Shown: positions 25,327 to 38,489 of the stretch, in pieces
Numbering within the stretch: position 1 is the first letter of the stretch
How the letters are laid out: each line of letters opens with the position of its first letter
Source: Paraglomus brasilianum
Lineage: Eukaryota
DNA: 64,000 nt
Direction of reading: 5' to 3'
NCBI GenBank assembly: GCA_910592345.1
Contig: CAJVPI010000019.1
Coordinates: forward strand, 1 to 64,000
The notes under the pieces: model-generated
What the model was told of the DNA's origin: nothing
The model's input: only the letters and a program-made list of their open reading frames with translations
The model's database searches: none
Position numbers and translations under genes: made by a program

Positions 25327-25676
25327 TCATTGACGGCAATAGGCCTCTTATTCAAACGTTGACGGCGATAACGTTAGGAAAAAAAACGAATGAGTGGGAC
25401 ATTGTGTTAGGAAAGGTGCAGGACGTCGCCTCTTATTTAAACGTCATTGACGGCAATAGGCCTCTTGTTCAAACTCATCATTGACAGCAATAGGCCTCCT
25501 GTTCAATCGTCATTAACAGCAATCGGCCTCCTATTAAAACGTCATTGACGGCAATAGGCAATAGGCCTCTTGTTCAAACTCGTCATTGACAGCAATAGGC
25601 CTCCTATTCAAACGTCATTGACAGCAATAGGCCTCCTATTCAAACGTCATTGACAGCAATAGGCCTCCTGTTCAAT
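25327..25676. repeat. ~32-bp minisatellite, about 8 copies
   Basis: Unit gtcattgacagcaataggcctcctattcaaac. Seven contiguous copies at ~25443-25676 plus one detached copy at 25327-25358. Confidence 0.92.
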
Positions 25677-28129
25677 GCAGCCAAAGTATTGGCCGAACAA
25701 ATAACAGCGTGTTATTCAAGGAAACAATGGATGACCCGGTGAAGGATAGACTGCAGTCAAATTAAAGGTCATCTTTGCAGATACCTTTATTTCGAAGGGG
25801 AGAAAGTATGCTAACGCTCTGTCCTCAGATATTATCTCGCAGGTAACGATTTGTGACTCAGGCATTGGGGACATAGAGTAATACAATTCTCCACCCGTCC
25901 ATAATTCTAACTATTTACACTATTTTCATGTGCAGATGTGCCAACTAAGAAAAGAAAATTTGATGACGGCTCTATTATATATCTTCCATGGACCATATCA
26001 ACGTGGAAAGAGCTCCCTTTGCTGTCAAACTCTCACTGCAAGGAGAGAATCATGTGCTTCTGGATACAATGTCAACAGGGTTTATCTTATATTTATCAGA
26101 CACTGTCTTTTGTCAAAAAATGTCAAGATCTGAGTTATTTCTGACTTGACAAATCATTTTTTTATTCTTTTTGATGAATTCTAGTATATTTTCACTAATT
26201 ATAATGATGCACTCCTTGAGGAGACTAGTAACTAAGCCCTTCAACAAAGCTACTTTCATTTGCATACCATCTTTACTATTATTCATATATAACCCTATAT
26301 TAATATTAATGTATACTTTTTATCAAATTTAAAGATTCTTTGGAAATTTTATGTCTCTTGTGAATTAGACTAGAGCATTGATTTGACAATTGAGTTGGTT
26401 GGGACTTAAATCAATCAAAGGACTAAGATTGCACATAAAGTTTCTTGGCTGTAAAATTTATTAATAAATATCATTGTAATACATAAAACCCTCCTGAATA
26501 CATATATGTTGCGAGCAGTATTGGCGCAGACCTGTCACATAATGGATTGAGTTGGCAGAAGCTATAACAATAAGGGAACAAAGAATTAAAATTTTGACAA
26601 GTAATAACAAATGATCGAATGATATATAAAAAGCGTTACCTTATTTATTTAGTACATGTTTGATGCTTGGAAACCATTATCGTAAATGAATGGCGTTCTT
26701 AACGGAGACGGCAGTTGTTATTATTATTTGCTAAATTTGCCGTGAGGGGTTTGAGTTATTTCATTAACCGGCCATAGGTCTCATAGGCCACCTAGTCTGT
26801 ATGCTGGAGTCTCCTAATATTAAACCTGTACTTGTATCCTCGGTCTGACATCGACGTGATATATGACGTTTGATTGTCCTTGTATTCGTGTGAACTTCCT
26901 CAAAAACCGTATGTTTGTCTTGAAGATGGTTAATATACGTGTTAATCAAGACGTACACCTGCAGAGACAAAAAATTGGTAGGAGCAAAGTGTATAGTAAA
27001 TCAGTATATTGCCGTGAGAGTCAACCGTATCTGCCTGGAGGGTATCATTACCTGCATACAGACTACTGCCGCCACCACCAAATAGTAATGATAATTATCT
27101 TTGTTCCATCCCGTGGAGAACAAGAGCTTGCACTGGAGAGAAGAATCTGATATAATATGGGTCAAATGGGTGGGTTATCTCAATCTCATGACTATTCAAA
27201 GAATTATTAGCATTTAATTACATAAATAGGTTCAGGACGGATTCCACATGCTTAATTCCCATACGAGATCCTCGTTTTGTTTATGCACTGATTTAAAAAC
27301 GTATTGCATGACCAATGTTCTGTATTTTGTTTTTTAAATCAGGTCAATCGTAAAGAAAACAGACAAGCTCCTAGTCCAGAGTAAGCCCATTCTGGGTCTA
27401 CTTGATTCTTGTCGACGAGTCGAACGCTTTGGGATGCTGGACGAGACTGAGATGATGTTAGATCAGCTATCGAGGAATGAGTATCGTATGATATAAAGCT
27501 TGGTACTCACGCGTTTGTCGTGGTGAACATTCGATATGTCTTCCTCGCCATAAATAGAGCAAGCGCATTGATGCAGCTTATTGCTGTGAACCATAACTAA
27601 AGAAGTGGAATATTTCATCGACAAACTGTCTCCAAACAAACTAAAACAGTCATATATCCACCTACCAAACCATCATCGAATCTATTCCACTCTGATTAGA
27701 ACAATACGCAAATTTTATTGCAATAAGGCCGCTATTTAACATACCGGCTGTTATCCAACTTAACAATTACATTGCCACGGTTAGTAAAATCTCTTCTGTG
27801 ATCGATTCCATCCATTCGCCTTCACTCACCTCATTTTTAATGACAAATCATCCCATTCACTCCCTCCAGAGTGTTTATCAGCCACTCTGTAGAACATTCA
27901 CCAATCTCGACCACATATTTTGTTCGTTGTAAATAGGATAGTTGAATAGGGCCATATTTTGCGCAAAGGATAATACACCCGAGCCTATTATAAGTCTTTA
28001 TCCGAAGCCTACAGATAAAACGAAACACACAAAAATGGCCTTGAGCTTTATGTCTAGGCAAAAAGCTTGTTATTGGTATAATATACATAAATAAATCTAG
28101 ATTAACAATTCTCTCTTTGTTCCCAGCTT

Positions 28130-28465
28130 ACCAACACTTAGTGAGCTTGCACAAATGGTTACAGATCTTAACTGATTATGATAGCACGAGTCTTAACGAA
28201 TTCTTGAATAATCCAGAAGAAGACAGAGTTTACGAAGGACAAATTTATCGAAGACCTTGTTGAAATATACAGAGAACTGTCAGGTGTGCATGTTGTTGAT
28301 GGTAGCGAGGCTGATGATAATGATAGTGTTGAATTACCGATTGTAAATTGCAGCGATGCTGCGAACAGTTTGGAGGTTGTTCGTTCCTTTCTGCAACAGC
28401 AAGAGGATTATTAAAACATATTAATGCACTAGATCGTTAAAATCAACGACTTGATGAACATTTAT
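28130..28465 (+). mobile_element. C-terminal relic of pogo/Tigger (CENP-B-like) transposase
   Basis: SLNEFLNNPEED..., EADDNDSVELPIVNCSDAANSLEVVRSFLQQQED, terminal ...TLDEHL-like; frameshifted. Confidence 0.5.
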
Positions 28466-28717
28466 TATAATTAAATAAAATTTTGTTAATCAGTTACGTG
28501 CAATCAACAAGAGGTTAGGTTCCTAAATAAAGATAATACTCCCAGAATTTGAGGAATATTTCCATATGTGTCGATTCCAGAAAGCCTCTCATTCGGAAGT
28601 CACGGAATTGCCACTTTTTTGTGGCATGACTAATCTACCTGTAAGAATACATTGGGTTCGTGTCCAGTACGCGAAACGCAATTTGCAATGACAATGCGCG
28701 AAAATCAAGTTCGCAGC

Positions 28718-29714
28718 ATGGCTCGCTTTTCACAAGCCGCCGATCTTAAAAATGCGAGCGACGAATACAAACAAAGTATAGAGCTTGCATTAAAGACCAT
28801 ATATTCGAGCAATTTGGAGGACGCATTAGATGAATTTATGGGCTACAATCGTGTAAGCATTTAATATCCCTGCCTCCTTAAATTAGAAATTATCTAATAT
28901 TGACGTTGTTTTAGCGACAGAGACAGCACCTATACAATAATACATTTGTTGTAAGTCTTATCAATTTTAATGCATAACAGGAGAAAGATTGATTTTTGGG
29001 TTTGACATTTGGCAGACAAACAAAGACTCAAATGAATGGCAAGATATCGTTAAACAGAACAAATACGATATAATTGAACATCGGTAAAGCTAATTGATGT
29101 GTTTTCAACTATCAAAAGTGTTTATAATTTACTGTATATTTTAATTTATAGAGCGTATACGGAAACAATATTTATGAGTTAACGCAAATCATAGGCAGTG
29201 AGGAGCTTTATCCGCCAATATCTCTGCATTTAATAGTAATAATTAACGAAAATAAATTTTATATTTTTGGCTAATAAACCCATTATTGCACCAGGCACTG
29301 GCAAATTAATGGTTAGGAAGTTCTATCTATGGTCTCGAGGAATGACCAAAAAGGGAAATAAAGGGGTCAAGTAAAAAATCTTCTTCATAATCTATCAGTG
29401 AAATTTCGGTTGTATTGTGAAGTCACGTACCCATGGCTCTTCATGTAATCATGGTCTTTTAAGTCCCGAAAGCATATTAAATATTTACCAGATAGTGTAA
29501 CGCTGTAATGAAAGTCTCAAGCCAACCAAAAAAATGTACCTGCCTTACAAAAGAGTTAATCCGTATATACGTTATGTCAATGCTCGATATTAGTAGAACA
29601 AAGGACGGCGACAGGCTTACAAAATGTGACGAATTACAAGATGACATTAATTTAGCTAAACGAGACGCTAAAGCAGATTTTGATTGTTGCCAAAGCCATT
29701 TTTCACATCTTTAA
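28718..29714 (+). pseudogene. Multi-exon gene or pseudogene of unknown family
   Basis: Canonical introns link exons 28718-28852, 28915-28950 and 29016-29083 in frame (MARFSQAA...GYNR|RQRQHLYNNTFV|TNKDSNEWQDIVKQNKYDIIEH). Later exons (~29152-29198, 29295-29370, 29491-29714) do not join cleanly. Confidence 0.5.
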
Positions 29715-30569
29715 AAATGTAATCAGTCAGAACAATTACAAGATGCACATATTTGGAGGCTTGGTCAATAGACTGTCTTTGTCATAAAGTCAGCCTTAAT
29801 ATTAATTATTTTTTGTTAACTTTGAACTCATAGTAGTGCATGGCCTGGGTCACTGCCAAATCACAGCTTCGACTTTTACCTCACAGTGGGTCTGGGGAGT
29901 AGACACAGAAAATTGCTGACTGATAAGCTACTTCTGACAGACCAGCTTTGTTTTTAACTAGTGCATAAACAACAGTGGCAGGATCAATATTGCAATGCAT
30001 GTGCCAATAGTTAAGTCAAAGGGATCTGTTTCATTAATATCATTGGTTGAGAACCAAAGAGAATCGATACAACATGCGGGAAAATCTCACTTGTAAAGCT
30101 GAATTTATCACAGGTACACTAATGTCAAGCAGGTACTTTTTGACTTTACTAACTTTTTGTAAATTAGTATCCAAACCATCAGCACTGCTGCAGCACTTCT
30201 CCAGCTGTCTACAGCTGGTCAACACTGATGGTAAAGTTTCAAAAGAATCATAATATATAAAGGAGGCTGGATGTCCACATTAGAAATCATAATGGCGCCA
30301 ATTGAATATTTCCAATCGTAAGTTTATTAATAGTATTTATTCGATCCTCAGGTATTATTCCACAGTAAAAGTTATTCCATTATTCCGTTGGCGCCTTCGA
30401 CCAAATTCTATACAGGAAAAGGTGCAGAACCTACTCGAATTTCATCTAGATTGCTACTGCGGAATAGCTATTCTAAAATATATTGCGTAAATCGCTATTT
30501 AAATAATAATATTAGATTCGCTGTATAACAGTATGGGAAAGCAATAAATTTTTTAGAAATGGGTGTAAT

Positions 30570-31230
30570 TATGGTTGTTCAAAAATGATGCCGAGAGAAA
30601 AGTTAGCTGAATTACATGAGGCATTTCAAGTTCTCTCTAGATCTGAACAAGATATATTGCAACTTAAGGCAAATATCAGTTAACGTCTTAGAAAAAAACG
30701 CGTATTAATAAGAGGACGTTTTTCTACTAAAAATTCTGTACACCTCTTTGCCAGAAAGTTTATCTCAGAATGTTAGGGATTGGCCATACTCATTGGGAAA
30801 ACGTCAGAAATCATCTGGCAATGAATGATATAATATCGCGTGTTCACAATAATATAAAAAGTGCCGTGATGGAAAACTAAAATAACCATTGATAAAAATG
30901 TTGCTACAAGCATGAAAAATTTTATGCTGGAATCATAGATTACCAAGTCCTGGTAGAAATGCCAATGCATTACTCAATCACTTGTGTTTTTACCAGCAGA
31001 ATTGAGTTATACAGTAATAGTAAATCAGTCTATCATGATTTTATCGCAGGGCTTGAAGACAATAGTATGTTAGAAATTGTTAAATATGATGCATGACACC
31101 AATTAATGCCTTGTTTCCAAATGATGAATCCAAGAATGGATTTATGTGATATGTTGGAGTGGTTCACAGTATAATGCTTGTAAGGAAGAAGAAGCAAAGC
31201 TTTACTGAAAAACATTTGGTTAAGGCTAAG
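30570..31230 (+). mobile_element. Highly decayed DNA-transposon relic (Sola-like PxxDLCDxC motif)
   Basis: Fragments KLAELHEAFQVLSRSEQDI, SRVHNN and *HQLMPCFQMMNPRMDLCDM resemble the W..PxI..PxxDLCDxC motif of Sola-like transposases; many stops. Confidence 0.35.
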
Positions 31231-34200
31231 TTACACTTTACTTCTTTGACTAAAAAATTTAAAAGATTCAATAATCTTTTTGCTGCCTCAAAATTTAAGA
31301 GAAGATGAAATTACAAGAGTAAACATAACTTTTACCTACCATAAATTGCTATCACTATTACAACAATAAGGGTACCTCCATAAAAAGTGCGAGTATTATC
31401 TAACAGTAACCTGACTTTGACTTTATAATAATAATTTTTAAAATACTAAAAATCTACCACTAATATGCAGATGGTAAAATTAATGTGAACTTGGTTTTGG
31501 AGGTTCTGAACATATATTGTGCCAAACTAATATCAGTAATGTCAAACATAATGACTTGTAAAGGCTGCTTAGAACAAATAATTTAACTCAAATACTAATA
31601 TAATATATGGGATTGGTGACAGTGAGTAAATTGGATGACTGATAATGCCAGTTGGCATCCAGCAATTTTGGCACATGTAAATAGTTTGGTATTATTTTCA
31701 CTTTGTCTGGGTTGTTGTTGCATGCTCAAATGATATTAAAATAGGTGTAGTGAATCAAGTTGTAAAAAAAAATCCACTTTTACTGGGTCATTGTATTGCT
31801 ATTAATTCTCTAATATCGTTTAAACTATTTTTTTTTGTAATACATATTTAATCTCTAAGTTTCTTATCCTTTTATCAATTACGATTACAAGATCTTTAAA
31901 AAAATTTTCTTTCCGTAATTGTTCAATTTGCCAAAAACAGTATTTTAAATTGTCATCTTTCAAACGGTTGAATATAATCTGACTATTCTCAATAGATTTT
32001 CCTTAAAAATCTCACCTTGCTAGTTTCACACGTTCAGCTAAATATTAACACAAAACTTTTAATTAATATTAAACCATTAGTTAAATATTTAATGTGCTTT
32101 GCCACAATTGGTTGAATAAAGTAAATTTTCACATGGCAGTCGATGATAATGAGAATTGTTTATATTAAAAAAATTTTTTTTTACATTAAACATTAATACT
32201 AGCTTTACTGTATTCTAATTCGCCCAACTTGTTTTCTTGAAGATGGATTGGTAGCATATTATTAATCGCAAATTAAAGAAACAAAATTAAAATTAAAGTT
32301 AAAATATAATTTAGGAATATTATTGTGTGCTTCAAGATAACATAGATATAAATAAATAATTCGGAATACAGAAATATGGTTGAAATTACACACTTGTAAA
32401 ATATATATATTTAAGAAATTAAAAGAGGGTTACACGCATATAATAAAGTCCAACAAATATACATCAACTACAGTTGTAACGATATAATAAATACCATTAT
32501 AAATTTATTGAATTCCAACAATATCAATATAACCTTTTTAGAACTTGTGTAAGAATCACAAACAGCCAAGAACCATGAACAGCCAATGAGATCAAAGTTT
32601 TTATATTTTAAACTTTGTTTTTGTAGCATAAACCTTTTAGCAAGGAAGAAGAACGTATTCTCAAACCAATTATACAATGGAAAGCCAGGAGAAGATGGAA
32701 AGCTTGGAAATAAGTTACGACATCAGAAACGTTTAATAGTTGTCCTGGACTTAATTTCCAGCACGCCTCATGTTCTCATATAGTCTCCATTACTTTTAGA
32801 TTCTCGTTGTTATTTGTGCTTCCATGTGGGAAAACCTGATAGTCCCTGTCTTGATAAAACGTTCGAAAATAATAACGATTGCAAGCACCTTTTTTGTAAC
32901 TTGTACTGATACGTTTACGGAATGCTGCTTATGTAGTGTCATTTAACAACATTCTGATTGGCTCGGATGGATTATGGTTTGGTGAGCTCGCCCCCTGTCC
33001 GTTTTGTAAAATTTTTTGATACATGATATATAAATGCATTGATAAGTTCTTGGTGACGACGACGCAAGCATACGATTATCATTGGAATTCGGCATATCGA
33101 TAGCTGATCTTCATGTGTTCACGACGTCATGTGCTGTCTATTGCAAACAGTCTTCGTATGACAGCCAAAAACCTTGATTGTACAGAAGGCATTAATCACG
33201 AGATACGTAAACTCGCACATGTAGAATTTTTAATAAGGTTTAGTAATCTGCAACATTTAAGACTTGACCAACATGATTTGAACTGACTCGGCAATGGACC
33301 CATATGATTTTCCTACAACTACTTATTTGCATACTTTAATTAATTGCTCACGGTTACTCATTATCTAAACGCTGTGGAAAAAAAAAACACCCAAGTTGAT
33401 GAAAAAATTCTGACAACAGATTGAATGTTCATGTATATGGTTGAGACATTTTCTTCGAGGTTCGTTTTTATGTTAGACTTATACCTAACTACAGATAATT
33501 AAGATATATTGTGCTTAGCCATGTAATAAATGTGCCACTAAGCGATGCATGTTCACATTCGCGGTGTCTGCCGAAAATTTAAAGTTTGGGGGATTCGTCT
33601 TTGTGATGTCATCCTTTTTTTTTTTTTTCATCCTTTTTTTTTTTTTTTTCCAACGCTGTGATCGACGTTTTTTTTCCCCTCGAAACCTATCCAGTTTATC
33701 AAGCCCTGTAATGTCAATGATAGTTCTTGAGTCGAACTGAAAAAGTAAAGGCTTGTTCACACTTCTGAATAAGGGGGAGATTTCATGAGCAAGTAGTGAA
33801 ATGGGCTGCGCCGTCGCCGTGAGACAAAACCGGTAACTATTAAATGACACATAATTTAGCAAAACTATATATTAATGCAAATGATATGTACCTTCCTGCA
33901 TGTTTTTATGGTATGCATACAATACATTTGTCACACTTGTTCTTCTCATTTATTAACACCATTAATATATTGACCAATTAATCACTTCTCCAGCAATTAT
34001 TATAATGAAAAAGCCAAAGTCAAAAACGTTCTCATTACAATATCTATTATTTGTATGACAATATACCATTGAAAAAAAATGGTATTCCCCGACCATTGAT
34101 ACGAAAATCTCACAGTTTCTGCTTGCATGCATACAAACGTCGTACGACTTGGATTACTCGCTACATTGTCAATCCGAAAAAAAAAAGCTGATTTGTGTAA

Positions 34201-37200
34201 TCAATGTCGATGACGTAAATCAAAAAGTATCTTGGAAAAAACGACAAGGACGGATTACGAAAATCGTCTAGTAATAATTTCATCGACGCAGTCCAACAGC
34301 CCAACTCGTTAACGCTTCATGATTTTTACTGAAAATTTCATTTTTTAACCCGCTCCTATAAAAAAGGTGACTCGTTATGGCCATGAAAAATTTCACACGC
34401 ACGAAATGCAAAGTCGAAGATGTATGCATCAAAAAACCCATTATGGTGTGAACAACGTATTCGGGAAATACCGTCAAAAATTTTATATCATTGAATATCT
34501 GTCGTTCTGACCTGAGTGACGCTTGCTCATAAAAGACATAATCCCAGATCTAATCATAACTAGTATCTTATAAAGTACAATGTAAACAGTCCAGAAAACT
34601 ATAAATATTTGTAAATTAACAAAAACTATTGCTATATCCGAATAAAAAGTCTAAACACAATTATCTATGAAGTATTATTGCGGCCTCCATGATAAATCCT
34701 TTGCAATTCAAAACATAATTCGATAATAGTAGACGAAAAAAGAAGATTGTAGCTCGCGAGATAAAACGAGCTTTTCCCCAGAAATTAGTTAAGAAAGAGG
34801 CAATTACTCGACTGGTTTATTAAAAATGTTTATATAGATTTCTGATCTGTTTTCACATTACAATTTGCGCCAACAGAGTTAAATTATTCGGGTGAGATAG
34901 ATGCAGCCTATTTCTCATCTCCGGAAAAATTTTATAGCCTCACTTCCTTTTATAATGAATGTACTCCCTTGCCATAAAACAAATGTTTCCTTGTCATAAA
35001 ACAAAAGTTTCCTCGTTAATTTTCAAGGAAATAATGTCAAGGTGCTCTCATCTCCTAAAGAAACCAAATGACAGGTACAGGTAATTGACAAGGAAAGTGA
35101 GACTTGTGCTGGTTTTATTACCTAGGCATTATTTTCACAATAAAGTTTTCACTTCTTGACAGCACCTGCATATTGTAGAATCCTGTGTGTCATTTCAATT
35201 TTACTATGTTCCATTCTGATGATATTCCGTGTTAAAAGGGTTTATTCAAAACCTTTATGGCGCCCATGTTGAACACGGATTGTATACCAAGTTACCATTT
35301 GAAATACTTTTTTGAATTCATTATGGTGACGGGTAATTTAACTTTATGTCTCGTTGAATTTCTATCGCCCAATTAATAACAACTATGAACGTAAAAAATG
35401 TGGATTGTTCAGTCAAACTGCAATTGTATCATCAACTGCTAAAAGATTTCCTTGTTGGCACGTTTCGGTCGCTCAGATTGGTTCTCTTTTGGGAGACCAA
35501 TAATACATAAATGCGTATACACGTATACAAATGAACCTTTTATCCTTTTCCTCTGCCATCGGCTGCTAGAAAGTGTGCCAATAGATGTGCATATCAAAAG
35601 CTGTAAAATAAGTATCGAAATTTCAGTAAAATACTTGGGTACTTGCCACATAATATCACTGCCTTTCCAATTGTACATAAATTAACAATGGGAGATATAT
35701 TCGATGACAACTGTGATTTTGCAAGTTCAATAGGGCAATTACAAAAGGGACAAATAAAAATATTTGTATACATGTAACTAGGTGGCTAACGTGTAGGAAG
35801 AATGGATGGATGGCAACACACCAAGTTGTCAATTCTCCAATGATAGAGACTGTATAGTAATAGTTGCGAATACAATTACTAGAATCAAAGGCGTTAGATA
35901 AACCGAATTCCCTTGGTACTTATAATTGCCATATGCAGTCTGAAAAACTTTTTATGACAATACGTTGTCCAACCCCTAATTTTGCATTCCCACTTGTGAA
36001 AATAACAAATCAGCCATAGAATAAACAATATGTATGCCCCGAAATTTCGTAATCAGGTCGATTATTGTTATATATTTATTTGTCGTGTATCGCACAAAAA
36101 AAAACTTGCCTCAAAGCCGTAATGACAATAAAAACGATTCTCACAATTTTTGTGGCGTATTGTGGGGTAAATGATCAACTGACTTTGTTTATGTAATCCA
36201 ATGATTATTAATTTGGTTGATTTATTTTTTTTTTTTTTTCAAATTCAAAACGTTCGGGTCTCGAGGTAAAAAATAACAAATAGTATCAAGTTTTAGGACG
36301 GGCATTGTTATTATCCGCTGTGTTGAGGCTCTCTCCTCTAACCTAATAAATGCAACAAAATGAGCATATTAAACAAACATTAATCAATTAGCAACATTAC
36401 TAAGCTTTTTTTCCAAAGACATTTATAGAACGACGCTGTGCATATACCCACTATTACTGTAATGCTTATTTAATCAGAAGTATGCATAGCAACAATGACT
36501 TTATTATAGTGATAAAGTTTTTTAGCTGTACATTCAAATGCCAGACGCTTAAATTGTCGTATTTGACTGAACTTTATTGTTGAGCCACCGCACACCCTTT
36601 TCCTCCATCTTCCTTCTCCCCTCTTTCGCAACTGTGCGATTATCAAGTACGATTATCTTGCATATAAATTCAAATGGGCCCCGAACTCGCAATTTCTCAC
36701 AAAAAGCAAAGTGAAGGGGGGGGGAGAAATATCAATAGCATGTGTCAGTTATTGTCCCTAGATAAGAAGATAAGCGTCGGTCGTATAATACCCGCAACAT
36801 GACTATAGAATGTTCTATAGGCTTTACTCTAATCGCACACTCTTTCATTGAAAGAATAAACGTGTATAATTGGTCTGGTATAAGCATTCATTAGAATACT
36901 GTTCGGGTTCGGTATAATTATATCAAAAAAAAGTTTAATTATATTACGGATAAACATCATGCGGCATTTATTATATGAAGGTTCATAATTATGCAGTTGT
37001 GGTGGGGTTCGTGGGGATGAATCACCTCGGCTTATGCACGGTCAAAATAATCACAAGTCATTCTTAGTATAGTAAATAGTATATTCTGTTTATTTATTTT
37101 AACATATATAGTAACTGTTTATACATCGCATCGGTGGCCTGTTCATTTGTTATTGTTTATTGCAACAACTTTCACTATTTTCGGGGGAAGATGGGATGGG

Positions 37201-37787
37201 ATGAGAATGGGACGGTTATAAAATGGTTGCCGATTACAACCTTATTCATAGCATCCATTGTCAGCTGACAGCATGGGTTACAGGAAATGAAATGTCACTT
37301 GCAAAAAAAGAAAGGGACGTAACAATGATAGCAATACATCCCCTGTTAATAGTTAGGTAAAATTTAATAATATGCAGACGACGAATAAAACGCAAGATTG
37401 GTAAATTGCAAGGCTTGAAGATCGCAACTGTAAAACAATGGACACAAAATGTTAATCGTCGTAAAAGTATGATATGTTCGATTCTCATTCATAGGCGTAT
37501 ATTATGTCATCCCATTCAGCATTGTCTTTTAATAAATTAAGCGAGAATAGATTAAAGTTCAACAACCACTGCAATATGGGCATGGATATCCGCGCACAAG
37601 ATGTCCACAATTGAAACCCTGCAGTCGATTTACCAAGTCACATAAAAGAGGCCAAATCCTGCCAAAACCCGAATAATTACTCTCTCCATGATATATATGG
37701 TAATATCCGTTATGGATAGGAGTATTAATGTATCATGTATTTGCCCATTATTGCCTATTATTTCCGTCATTGCCAAACCCAAACGGT

Positions 37788-37864
37788 AGCTGTTGTTGTT
37801 GTTGCTGTTGCTGCTGTTGTTGCTGCTGCTGCTGTTTGTTGTTGTTGTTGTTGTAGCAGTTGTT
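37788..37864. repeat. Compound (GTT)n/(GCT)n trinucleotide repeat
   Basis: gctgttgttgttgttgctgttgctgctgttgttgctgctgctgct... Confidence 0.9.
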
Positions 37865-38294
37865 ATATATCACACATAACCTTCTTACTCCGAAGTAGCA
37901 CCTAATTAATAACCCACATCTATGACGTCTTCATAACGGAAGAATTCCCCGGTATATTATTGAGTAACAGTTGGATTGATGCCAATTGGACAGAGAATAA
38001 GTTAAAGTTGGTAATTGCATTAGATAATGAGCATGCAATGAATGGCCCGACGAAAAGTTAGACAAGGAAATTCCAAGTCGAATCATGAATGGACGAATCG
38101 CTTATTTGTAATACGTAAATACGCAATGGACTACAATAAATCTACACGAATCGGACGAACGTTGACGAAAACGGAGAAGAATCATCAAACCAATTTCCGA
38201 TGTAGGATGTACGAATAAGGAATTTTGTAGCAAGAGCAAGATAAATTGGTACTTTCCTAGCTGAATAAACTTGGAACGAACAAGTTCGTATGAT

Positions 38295-38489
38295 GGGGTA
38301 GAATAGGGTAGCAGGGTAGTATAGTAGTAAAGGGATAGGGTAGTAGTAAGGGATAGGGTAGTAGTAAGGGGGATAAGGTAGTAAGGGATAGGGTAGTAGT
38401 AAGGGGGATAAGGTAGAAGGGTTAGTAGTAAGGTTAGGGTTAGGGTTAGGGTTAGGGTAGCAGGCAGGGTAAATTGGGGTAAATTGGGA
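38295..38489 (+). repeat. G-rich minisatellite grading into interstitial telomeric (TTAGGG)4
   Basis: Units like gtagtaagggatagg, repeated about 6 times, then exact TTAGGG x4 at 38434-38457, then gggtaaattgggg. Confidence 0.9.

Noticed and set aside
25327..25676. CRISPR array (32-bp palindromic repeats)
   Set aside because: Units are directly tandem with no unique spacers, there are no cas genes, and the context is eukaryotic.
23300..27400. Possible Crinkler-like or Helitron coding relics (e.g. YDDCIYGIAS on the minus strand, TKKRKFDD, RDPRFVYAL)
   Set aside because: Motifs are too short and fragmented to assign a family without a profile search.
33900..37700. Cluster of ACAAT/ATTGT (HMG-box-like) sites
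   Set aside because: Frequent by eye, but not clearly above expectation for AT-rich DNA without a statistical test.
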